Source of the DNA: Promethearchaeota archaeon
GTDB lineage: Archaea; Asgardarchaeota; Lokiarchaeia; Sigyniarchaeales; SOKP01
Direction of reading: 5' to 3'
NCBI GenBank assembly: GCA_048939995.1
Contig: JBHLOY010000001.1
Location: 302,349 to 366,348, forward strand
Length of the DNA stretch: 64,000 nt
A program made the position numbers and the translations under genes. The notes under the pieces were generated by a model. That model was not told the DNA's origin. It ran no database searches and saw only the letters and a list, made by a program, of their open reading frames with translations. Each line of letters begins with the position of its first letter. Position 1 is the stretch's first letter. This document shows, piece after piece, positions 9,391-17,522 of this stretch.

Positions 9391-10347
9391 ATGAATAGGA
9401 AAATAGAAAATAAGATATTTTTAAATTATTTATTGCAGTCTCTAAACTTAGATGAGTTAAAACAAATTTGTCGAGATTACAAGATAAAAGGTTTTTCAAA
9501 ATGGAAAAAAACTGAATTAGTTGAGAATCTATTAAGCTTTTTATCCGATGAAGAAATAGAATCCATTATAAAAGAAAAAGAAACGGAAATTGTATCAAAT
9601 TCGATAAAAGATGCAATAAAAATGATTAAAGGTGAGGGCAGAGAAAAATTAAGGGAAATTAGAATAGTAAATGAAGAAGAGCATGTAGTTGAATTAGATT
9701 TTAAGGGCTTTAACTGGGAGACTTCTTCTTATCTGGCTATTAATCCTCAGAATATTAATAACCCTGAAAGAGATTGTGATTGTCGCATTGGGAGTAACAT
9801 GGGACTGTGTAGTCATTTTTGGGTAGGTTTTATTTTATCTCTAAAACATAATTATTTTGCTTTATCAGATTGGAATCTAACTTTATTGCCAAGTAACTTT
9901 AAAGAAATGATAGAATCAATAGAAATTTCAACGTTATCAACACAAAAAGGTAAAGATCAAACTGTAACATTAATAGATTCTGAATCAGATCGTGTGGAAT
10001 ATATGAAGCATTTGGATAAAAGTATTACAATTTATGAAGGAGAGATCTCAAAGATCGATAAGAAAGTACAACAATTCCAAGATATTGAAACTATATATTA
10101 TTTGGTCTCCTTAACCAATGTTAGATTTGGTCCAAGAGTCAAGAGAAAAAGTGATTTTAAAGAAGAAGATATTGAAAATTTAGATGAGTTATATATTCGC
10201 TTAAGCGAAAAATTATATGAAGAAAGTCACTTGAATATTGGGGGCAAAATAACAGTAAATGGAAAATTAACGAGGGATGACTTCCTTAGGCTGTATATAT
10301 TGAAAAACATCAGAAAAATTACGAAAATTAATCCCCAAAAAGATTAA
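9391..10347 (+). CDS. SWIM zinc-finger protein with N-terminal SAP/Rho-N-like motif and possible C-terminal OB fold
   Basis: LDELKQICRDYKIKGFSKWKKTELV; CDC-x8-CSH SWIM motif. Confidence 0.7.
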   Translation: MNRKIENKIFLNYLLQSLNLDELKQICRDYKIKGFSKWKKTELVENLLSFLSDEEIESIIKEKETEIVSNSIKDAIKMIKGEGREKLREIRIVNEEEHVVELDFKGFNWETSSYLAINPQNINNPERDCDCRIGSNMGLCSHFWVGFILSLKHNYFALSDWNLTLLPSNFKEMIESIEISTLSTQKGKDQTVTLIDSESDRVEYMKHLDKSITIYEGEISKIDKKVQQFQDIETIYYLVSLTNVRFGPRVKRKSDFKEEDIENLDELYIRLSEKLYEESHLNIGGKITVNGKLTRDDFLRLYILKNIRKITKINPQKD

Positions 10348-10410
10348 TAATCTCTGACTAATATATACTAAAGATTCGATAATAATTTTACTAATTTTGT
10401 TGTAGGATAT

Positions 10411-11790
10411 ATGAATAATGTAAAATCTGGTTTTATTGATGATTTCAATATGATTTTATCAACGGATTTCTATCAATTAACGATGAGTGCGGCTTATTAT
10501 CAGTATAATCTTGAAAATAAAATTAATGAGAATGATGAAAATGCCACTTTTGAATTATTTATACGACACTATCCTAAGAATCGAAATTATTTTGTTTTTG
10601 CTGGCTTAGAACAAGTAATTCACTATTTATCAAATGCAAGATTTATAGAACGCACGATAAACTTTTTGAAAGAAAAAGATGTGTTTAAAAATATCGATTC
10701 AAGTTTTTTCAGTGATTATCTACCCAATTTTAGATTTAAACTTAATGTATGGGCATTAAGAGAAGGCCAGTTTTTCTTCCCAAATGAACCAATTGTTCGT
10801 GTTCAAGGCCCAATTATTCATACTCAATTAGCTGAGACATATTTATTGAATGTCATCAATTATCAAACATTAGTTGCTTCCAAAGCATCGAGAATAAGAA
10901 ATATTGCCCCTAATAAAATTCTCCTTGAATTTGGGACCAGAAGATCCCATAGCCCACTAGCTGGAGTCTATGCTGCTAGAGCAAGCTATATTGCTGGTTT
11001 CAATGGTACTAGCAATGTAATCGCAGATCTAGAATTAGGAATTCATTCTACTGGAACAATGGCTCATAGTTTCGTTCAGAGGTTTGATAACGAGAACGAA
11101 AGTTTTAATTTATATTGCAAACTCTATGAAAAAGACTCAATCTTGTTAATTGATACGTATGATACTGAAAAAGGAGCAGAACAATCAGTTAAATATGGAA
11201 ATATTATAAGGGGAGTTAGAATAGATTCTGGTGATCTTATTGACCATTCTAGAAAAGTTAGGAAAATTTTAGATATTCATGGTTATAATGATGTTATAAT
11301 AGTAGCAAGTTCAGATTTAAATGAATATAAAATTAAAGAAATTATTGAAAAAGATGCACCTATTGATGCTTTTGGAGTAGGCACTGAATTAGCAACTTCT
11401 AGTGATGACCCAACAATCTCAGGAGTATATAAATTAATTGAGTATGATGGAAAACCAAGAATTAAAATTAGTGAAGAAAAGCTCACTTATCCAGGAATTA
11501 AACAAATTTTTAGGTTTTATGACGAAGAAGGAATGTTTAGACAAGATGTCTTAGCTTTAGAAACAGAAAAATTTTCTTCTGATTCAGAGCCATTATTAGT
11601 CCCAATTATGGAAAAAGGGGAAATAGTTTGTAAACTCCCCTTTTTAGATGAAATTCGTCAATATTACTTAAAAAATATTGAAAAATTACCAACTAAATAT
11701 AAAGAACTTAATGAAAATCATGTTTTTGAATTAAAAATCTCTGATGAACTAAAAACATTGACAAATTCATTAAAAGCAAAATATAAGTAA
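10411..11790 (+). CDS. pncB: Nicotinate phosphoribosyltransferase
   Basis: TDFYQLTM, EFGTRR, GTMAHS, LIDTYD, VRIDSGD and FGVGT motifs. Confidence 0.96.
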   Translation: MNNVKSGFIDDFNMILSTDFYQLTMSAAYYQYNLENKINENDENATFELFIRHYPKNRNYFVFAGLEQVIHYLSNARFIERTINFLKEKDVFKNIDSSFFSDYLPNFRFKLNVWALREGQFFFPNEPIVRVQGPIIHTQLAETYLLNVINYQTLVASKASRIRNIAPNKILLEFGTRRSHSPLAGVYAARASYIAGFNGTSNVIADLELGIHSTGTMAHSFVQRFDNENESFNLYCKLYEKDSILLIDTYDTEKGAEQSVKYGNIIRGVRIDSGDLIDHSRKVRKILDIHGYNDVIIVASSDLNEYKIKEIIEKDAPIDAFGVGTELATSSDDPTISGVYKLIEYDGKPRIKISEEKLTYPGIKQIFRFYDEEGMFRQDVLALETEKFSSDSEPLLVPIMEKGEIVCKLPFLDEIRQYYLKNIEKLPTKYKELNENHVFELKISDELKTLTNSLKAKYK

Positions 11791-11835
11791 TATTAGGGTA
11801 ATTGAATAATTAACAAAATTCAATATTAAAACTTT

Positions 11836-12138
11836 TTGAGGTTAGAAAATTTGACCGAAAATCCAAAATTGGGTTACAGAATCATCGGTACTATAAAAAG
11901 TGTTAAAGGCACTTGTTCAGCGGGCCATAAGCCAGGAGATAGTATAGAACTCAGTGGATATGATTCTGGAGGATTGTGTGGATTTTTTTACCACGATATC
12001 TTCCCTTATATTATAATGTTGCAGTTTGGAGGAGCTTTCCCAGCAGACTGGGAGGGAAATCCTGATATAATCGAGCTTGGATGCATTGACAAAATAAATA
12101 CGGTTACAATAGAATTGAGAAGAATAATAGAAGATTAA
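11836..12138 (+). CDS. TIGR04076-family protein
   Basis: VKGTCSAGHKPGD, GLCG..YH and C-terminal CID...VTIELRR. Real start is probably TTG at 11851 after GAGG. Confidence 0.75.
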   Translation: MRLENLTENPKLGYRIIGTIKSVKGTCSAGHKPGDSIELSGYDSGGLCGFFYHDIFPYIIMLQFGGAFPADWEGNPDIIELGCIDKINTVTIELRRIIED

Positions 12139-12151
12139 TTTTTTTTTTTTT
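12139..12151 (+). terminator. Oligo-T archaeal terminator
   Basis: Run of 13 T immediately after the stop codon. Confidence 0.55.
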
Positions 12152-12284
12152 GAATACTAATTTAAAAAATATTTATGTATTAATATTTTATTTGAGTCAA
12201 ATTTTTATTTCTTCTTTCTGGATGATATCTAATATACGACATAATATTTTTGTATAAATAAGACTTAAGGAGTGAGGTAACCAT

Positions 12285-12458
12285 ATGGAGAATGAATCAA
12301 ATTTACCTCCAAATCTGCATATTCTTTCTTGTCCTTTCTTAAATAGTTGTAGCCTCCCAAAATCTCAAAATGTATGTAATTTTCCTGAATATAAAATATG
12401 TCCAGATTATCAATCTAAATTAAATAATTTAAAACATGCTTCAAAAGTATTACATTAA
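12285..12458 (+). CDS. 57-aa Cys-rich microprotein (not in ORF track)
   Basis: GGAGTGAGGT SD then MENESNLPPNLHILSCPFLNSCSLPKSQNVCNFPEYKICPDYQSKLNNLKHASKVLH; T-rich tract downstream. Confidence 0.7.
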   Translation: MENESNLPPNLHILSCPFLNSCSLPKSQNVCNFPEYKICPDYQSKLNNLKHASKVLH

Positions 12459-12567
12459 TTAAGTTTTCTCTATCTCTTTCACTTTTGATTTTAGTTTAAT
12501 TAAATAACAATTTATAATTCAAGTAATATTTCTAGATCTTGATTTTTAGTTAGGAAATGAATCATAG

Positions 12568-14037
12568 GTGTTAAAATTGCAAGCAAATAATATTGTTGAT
12601 ACCTTCCTTAACCCTAAGTCTGTGGCAGTAATTGGGGCTTCGAAAAATCCATTAAAAGGAGGACATCGTATTTTAAAAAATCTTGTTGATAATAATTTCA
12701 ATGGAAAGCTTTTTCCAGTCAATATTAATTCGACCGGTAAGGTTTTAAATTTAGAATTTAAGAAGTCTGTTCTTGATATAGAAGATGATTTAGATATTGC
12801 TATTTTTTATGTACCAAATCAATCTATTCCGAAATTATTGGAAGAATGCATACAAAAAGGTGTAAAAGGAGCAATCATTGAAGCCTCTGGATTTGAAGAG
12901 GTTGGAGAAAAAGGAATTGAATTAAGTGAACGGATTATTGATATAACTGCTAACTTTTCTAAGATAAGAGTTGTTGGACCTAATTGTATGGGTCTAACAA
13001 GAATCGATGAGGACAGTGACAGCGAAAGAAAAAGTGGTCTCTTTACCTCTTTTTTAGTATTTAATGAATATAAAAGAGGAAATATCGCTGTAATAAGTCA
13101 ATCTGGTATGCTTAACGGAGGATATTTCACTCACATTGTGACTAAATATCCATATATGGGCTTCAGATATATTTGTACCATCGGAAACAAAATGGATTTA
13201 AATGAAATAGATTTTTTGGATTACTTCTTAGAAGATCCTGAAATTAATGTTATTGCTTTATATCTGGAATCATTTAAAAATTCAAGAAAATTTATTAATT
13301 TATGCCAAAAAGCTGAAGGTATACAAAACAAAACTATAATCCTAACTAAAGGAGGAATAACATCTCAAGGTCAAAAATCAACCTTAAGCCATACAGCCTC
13401 GCTGTCAGAAAACTCTAAACTAATTCAAGCTACAATAAAACAATCAGGTATAATTCAAGCTCGAACCTTTTACGACTTATTTGAATTTGCCAGAACTTTT
13501 TCATGGATGTATAATACTAAGAAGAATTTCCCTAAGAAAGGCGGAATAGCGCAAATCTTTGGGTCAGGAGGAGCAGGTACTATTTCGGCAGATCTTACAA
13601 TGCAATATGGTTTAAAACTCCCCTTCCTTAAAGAAAAAACATATTCAGTGCTTCTCGACTTATTTCCAAAATGGATGCCTCCTAATAAGTTTGCATTTGT
13701 AGATATTTGGCCGGCAATGGAAAAGGCAATGACAAATGGGATTAATCCTGGTGATGTTGTAAGAAAGGTCTACAACGCTTTGTTAGAAGAACCTGAAATA
13801 GAAGGTATTTTTAACATGCTCTTTTGCTCTAAACAATTTAGAGTAGTGAATGATGTAAATTACTTGATTGATATTATTAATACATACCCTAAACCTGTTT
13901 TTCTCTTCTTGGTCGGAGATTATAATGAAGTCCGCTTAATTTCTCAACAATTAAGCGAGCATAACATACCCAGCTTCTCAAACTTAGAGGATATGGTAAA
14001 GAATTTTAGCATTTTACTTAAAAAAAAAGAAAGTTAA
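12568..14037 (+). CDS. ADP-forming acyl-CoA synthetase alpha-type subunit (CoA-binding)
   Basis: PKSVAVIGAS, GPNCMG, SQSG, GNKMD and SHTASL (phospho-His); likely start TTG at 12577. Confidence 0.88.
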   Translation: MLKLQANNIVDTFLNPKSVAVIGASKNPLKGGHRILKNLVDNNFNGKLFPVNINSTGKVLNLEFKKSVLDIEDDLDIAIFYVPNQSIPKLLEECIQKGVKGAIIEASGFEEVGEKGIELSERIIDITANFSKIRVVGPNCMGLTRIDEDSDSERKSGLFTSFLVFNEYKRGNIAVISQSGMLNGGYFTHIVTKYPYMGFRYICTIGNKMDLNEIDFLDYFLEDPEINVIALYLESFKNSRKFINLCQKAEGIQNKTIILTKGGITSQGQKSTLSHTASLSENSKLIQATIKQSGIIQARTFYDLFEFARTFSWMYNTKKNFPKKGGIAQIFGSGGAGTISADLTMQYGLKLPFLKEKTYSVLLDLFPKWMPPNKFAFVDIWPAMEKAMTNGINPGDVVRKVYNALLEEPEIEGIFNMLFCSKQFRVVNDVNYLIDIINTYPKPVFLFLVGDYNEVRLISQQLSEHNIPSFSNLEDMVKNFSILLKKKES

Positions 14038-14188
14038 AAGAGATGAATAATACTATTAAGAGTATGAACTATTGATAATATTAAATATAGTAAAAGTAGT
14101 AAAATGTTTAAATAATTTGAAAACTACATCTTTTTAATTACTTAACTAGTTATTTGAATAAAACATTAAAAAAAGGAGTAAAAATAGT

Positions 14189-15952
14189 ATGTATCATTTA
14201 GACGATACAGATGTCTTAGACGCTAAATACTACAGAAAGACTTTCAGTATATGTCCTGAATGCTTAGAACGTATCCCCGCTGAAGTATACGAAGATGACA
14301 ATGAAGAGATATGGATGAAGAAAAATTGCCCCGAACATGGAGATTTTAAAGACAAGATCAGTTCATCTGCTAAATATTATAAGTGGACACACCATGCAAT
14401 GAAAGATAAAGATGGAAAGATTGTATGGCAATTTGATAAGGATGGAGAAGCTAATCCTGCTGATTGTGCTCCAGAAGATCCACGAGGTTGTCCTTATAAT
14501 TGTGGACTCTGTCCCGAACATTTATCTACTTGTTCCTTAGCTCTAATAGACTTAACTAATCGCTGTAATTTTTCTTGTAATTTTTGCTACGCGAATGTTG
14601 AGAAAGCTGGCTATTTAATTGAGCCAACATTAGAAGAAATCGGACGAATTATGGATCACTTTAGAAATAAGCCTATTCCTGCCGTTGCTATCATGTTTAC
14701 GGGAGGAGAACCAACAGTCAGAAAGGATTTTCCTGAAATTTGTAAGATGGCAAAGGATAAGGGATTTAAAGAGGTCATTGTAGCTACAAACGGATATGGA
14801 TTCCAACGTAAGAAAGGTGGACTAGAATTTACTAAAAAATGTTGGGAATTGGGGTTAGATACCTTATATTTCCAATTTGATGGAATTAATGATATTACTT
14901 ATGAAAAAACTCGGGGTATTAAAAATCTTATGGCATATAAGCAAAGAGTCATTGATAACTGTCGAGAGGTAGGTCTTAGTTCCGTTGTTTTAGTTGCTAC
15001 AATTGCTAAGGGTGTCACTGATATTGAAATTGGAAACATTATCCAATATGCGATCGATAATATTGATGTTGTACGAGGTATTACTTTTCAACCAGTTTCA
15101 CTCTGTGGAAGAATTACAGCAGAAGAGATGGACAATCTCCGAATAACAAATGCAGATGTTCTAAAAGCAATTGAGGAACAAACTGGTGGAAAACTCAGCA
15201 TGGATAATGCATGGTACCCACTAACAACCATTGTAGAATTCGGCAGACTTGTCGCATATTTAGCTGATGTAGAAGCTATAGAGTTTACCTGCCACCCAGA
15301 TTGCGGTTTTGCAAGCTATCTAGTTGTCGATCCTGAGACGAACGAGATGGTCCCCATCATGGATTACTTCGATCCATTGAAAGTAATTGATTTTGCAAAT
15401 AGATTCTGGGAAAAAGTAAAACATAAAGAAAAAGAGCAGATCAAATTCTTTGAAAACTTTCTTGGTGATTTTGGGAAGACCTTAGATAAAGGGCTCAACT
15501 TTTTGGATAAACAGCAGCTTCGGGCAAGGTTTTTACTAGGTGTATTGCAATATATGAAGAAGCCGGGAAAACTTATGGAAATGTTTGGTAGACTAATAAT
15601 GAACGGAGATTGGGAGAGTATTAGCTCATTCAGTCATGGAACACTTTTACTATCAAGTATGCACTTCCAAGATGCATATAATATGGATCTTGAAAGAACT
15701 AAAAGATGTATTGTGCATTTTGGAGTAGCTATGCCCGATGGAACAGTAAATGAAATTTCATTCTGCACTATGAATACAATACATCGCCCTATTATAGAAA
15801 AGCAAGTTGCTAAAAAGGTTACCCAAAAAGTTAGAGACGAATTTGATACCTCAGTTGGTCAAGCTAGAGAAGACCTTGAACAGAAAATAGAGCCTGAGGT
15901 CGCTCAAAATGGTGGTATTGATATAAATGAACTAGAAGAGGAGGATGAATAG
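14189..15952 (+). CDS. tes: Tetraether lipid synthase (Tes/GDGT-MAS, MJ0619-like radical SAM)
   Basis: N-terminal CPEC...CPEHG; CPYNCGLCPEH; CNFSCNFC radical SAM motif; CHPDCG; FQDAYNMDLERTKRC; FCTMN. Confidence 0.88.
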   Translation: MYHLDDTDVLDAKYYRKTFSICPECLERIPAEVYEDDNEEIWMKKNCPEHGDFKDKISSSAKYYKWTHHAMKDKDGKIVWQFDKDGEANPADCAPEDPRGCPYNCGLCPEHLSTCSLALIDLTNRCNFSCNFCYANVEKAGYLIEPTLEEIGRIMDHFRNKPIPAVAIMFTGGEPTVRKDFPEICKMAKDKGFKEVIVATNGYGFQRKKGGLEFTKKCWELGLDTLYFQFDGINDITYEKTRGIKNLMAYKQRVIDNCREVGLSSVVLVATIAKGVTDIEIGNIIQYAIDNIDVVRGITFQPVSLCGRITAEEMDNLRITNADVLKAIEEQTGGKLSMDNAWYPLTTIVEFGRLVAYLADVEAIEFTCHPDCGFASYLVVDPETNEMVPIMDYFDPLKVIDFANRFWEKVKHKEKEQIKFFENFLGDFGKTLDKGLNFLDKQQLRARFLLGVLQYMKKPGKLMEMFGRLIMNGDWESISSFSHGTLLLSSMHFQDAYNMDLERTKRCIVHFGVAMPDGTVNEISFCTMNTIHRPIIEKQVAKKVTQKVRDEFDTSVGQAREDLEQKIEPEVAQNGGIDINELEEEDE

Positions 15953-16240
15953 ATGTCAGAAGAGCTAATAGAAACAAAAGATGGACTAAAACTTCGTAAA
16001 TTGGCTGAGTTAAAGACCTCGACAGCAAAAGAATATGAAGATGCGATGTTAAATCGAGTAGAATACTTTAAGAAGAAAAATGAAGCAAAAAGCGGATTCA
16101 ACAGTATTTTGCAGAACACATTTTTTAAAGCCTTCAGTTCTGCTTTAGATTTTAAGATAAACATAGATAAAGCCATAGGAGAGGAAAATTTAAAAAAAAT
16201 TCATGATGTAATAGACAACATCCTCTTATTTGGCTTATAA
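15953..16240 (+). CDS. Hypothetical protein abutting tes
   Basis: ATG immediately follows the tes TAG; GAGGAGG upstream. Confidence 0.75.
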   Translation: MSEELIETKDGLKLRKLAELKTSTAKEYEDAMLNRVEYFKKKNEAKSGFNSILQNTFFKAFSSALDFKINIDKAIGEENLKKIHDVIDNILLFGL

Positions 16241-16439
16241 ATTACTTTTTGATACTTTTTTTATTTTATTTTGATTTTCCTTTTAATTCATATTATTATG
16301 TATTAATTTCCCTGTAATGATAATAAATATATTTTAAAGGAACTTTATGTTGTAAAGATCTTCTCATCTTCGATTTCTGTTTAAATTTAATTTTATTTCC
16401 AAAACCTATTTTTGAAATAAAATTTTAAATTAGATTATT

Positions 16440-17522
16440 ATGGTATTTAATTTCTTTACCTTACCTATTACTATCCTTTTTATTATAAATGGATTTATTC
16501 AATTATACTACGCAATTAGGTTAAGGAAGAAGTTTGCTCAAAAACATAATTTTCAAAATTCTATTTTGGTATTTTTTTTATGGATCATTGCAGGGGTCCT
16601 ATATCCATATTTCTATTTAAGAGAAACTTTCCAAATCAGGTGGTTTCAGGCGTTATCAATGCAAATTATTTGCATTTACGCCCCACTTCTTATTCTTGGG
16701 ATATTATTCTACCAATATCAGTTTGTGGTCAAGAAAAATCAAGATTTAAAATTAGAGAGAACTATTGAGTCCTTTCAGAACAAAATGATTTTATTATATA
16801 ATGAGAAGGTGAATAATAAGAATTATCCATTAATTACTGATTTGCATAGAAAGGCTTTTCATTTAATTCCAGCAGTAGTTATAATTTTTTTGTGGTTTTT
16901 TGCGGTTTATCTTTGGGATGGAATTTGGAATGCTGATCTTTTTTGGGGGATCACTGGTGAAGAATATGGTATTTTTTTAATTCTAACTGTAGGATATGCC
17001 GGATTAATTATATTTGCAGCATTAGACTATATTCGATTATCATATATATTTGAAAATAGGAGCATATATCACCTAATGCCAAAATCTGTTTCAAATTTAT
17101 TAGTAAAAACGTTAAAGCCTAATGAAATCTATGAGTTCACTAAACCAGTTGCGTTAGTATTATCATTTGTACCAATTTTTTTCTTACCAATTAGTATATT
17201 TTCAGCTGCTGCCCTTATATCTACTTTGGGAGATGCTGCAGCATCTATCTTTGGGATATGTTTCGGTAAAAAGAATTTCCCTAAATCTAGTAAAAAAACT
17301 ATAATCGGATATGTTGCAGGATTTTCCTCTTCATTTATATGTAGTTTATTAGTGTTTTGGATATTTGAACCCTTACTTTCAGTAATAAAGTTAATGATTA
17401 TAGCTCTTAGTGGAGCATTAGTTTTTTTAATAATAGATCTAATGAGTCTAAAAGTCGATGATAATATTCTAAATCCAATATTTTGTGGGCTAGTTATGGT
17501 TCTTCTCTATTTATACATTTAA
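16440..17522 (+). CDS. CTP-dependent dolichol/phytol kinase-like membrane protein
   Basis: RKAFH, GDAAASIFG..FGK, KKTIIG and DDNILNP motifs. Confidence 0.82.
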   Translation: MVFNFFTLPITILFIINGFIQLYYAIRLRKKFAQKHNFQNSILVFFLWIIAGVLYPYFYLRETFQIRWFQALSMQIICIYAPLLILGILFYQYQFVVKKNQDLKLERTIESFQNKMILLYNEKVNNKNYPLITDLHRKAFHLIPAVVIIFLWFFAVYLWDGIWNADLFWGITGEEYGIFLILTVGYAGLIIFAALDYIRLSYIFENRSIYHLMPKSVSNLLVKTLKPNEIYEFTKPVALVLSFVPIFFLPISIFSAAALISTLGDAAASIFGICFGKKNFPKSSKKTIIGYVAGFSSSFICSLLVFWIFEPLLSVIKLMIIALSGALVFLIIDLMSLKVDDNILNPIFCGLVMVLLYLYI

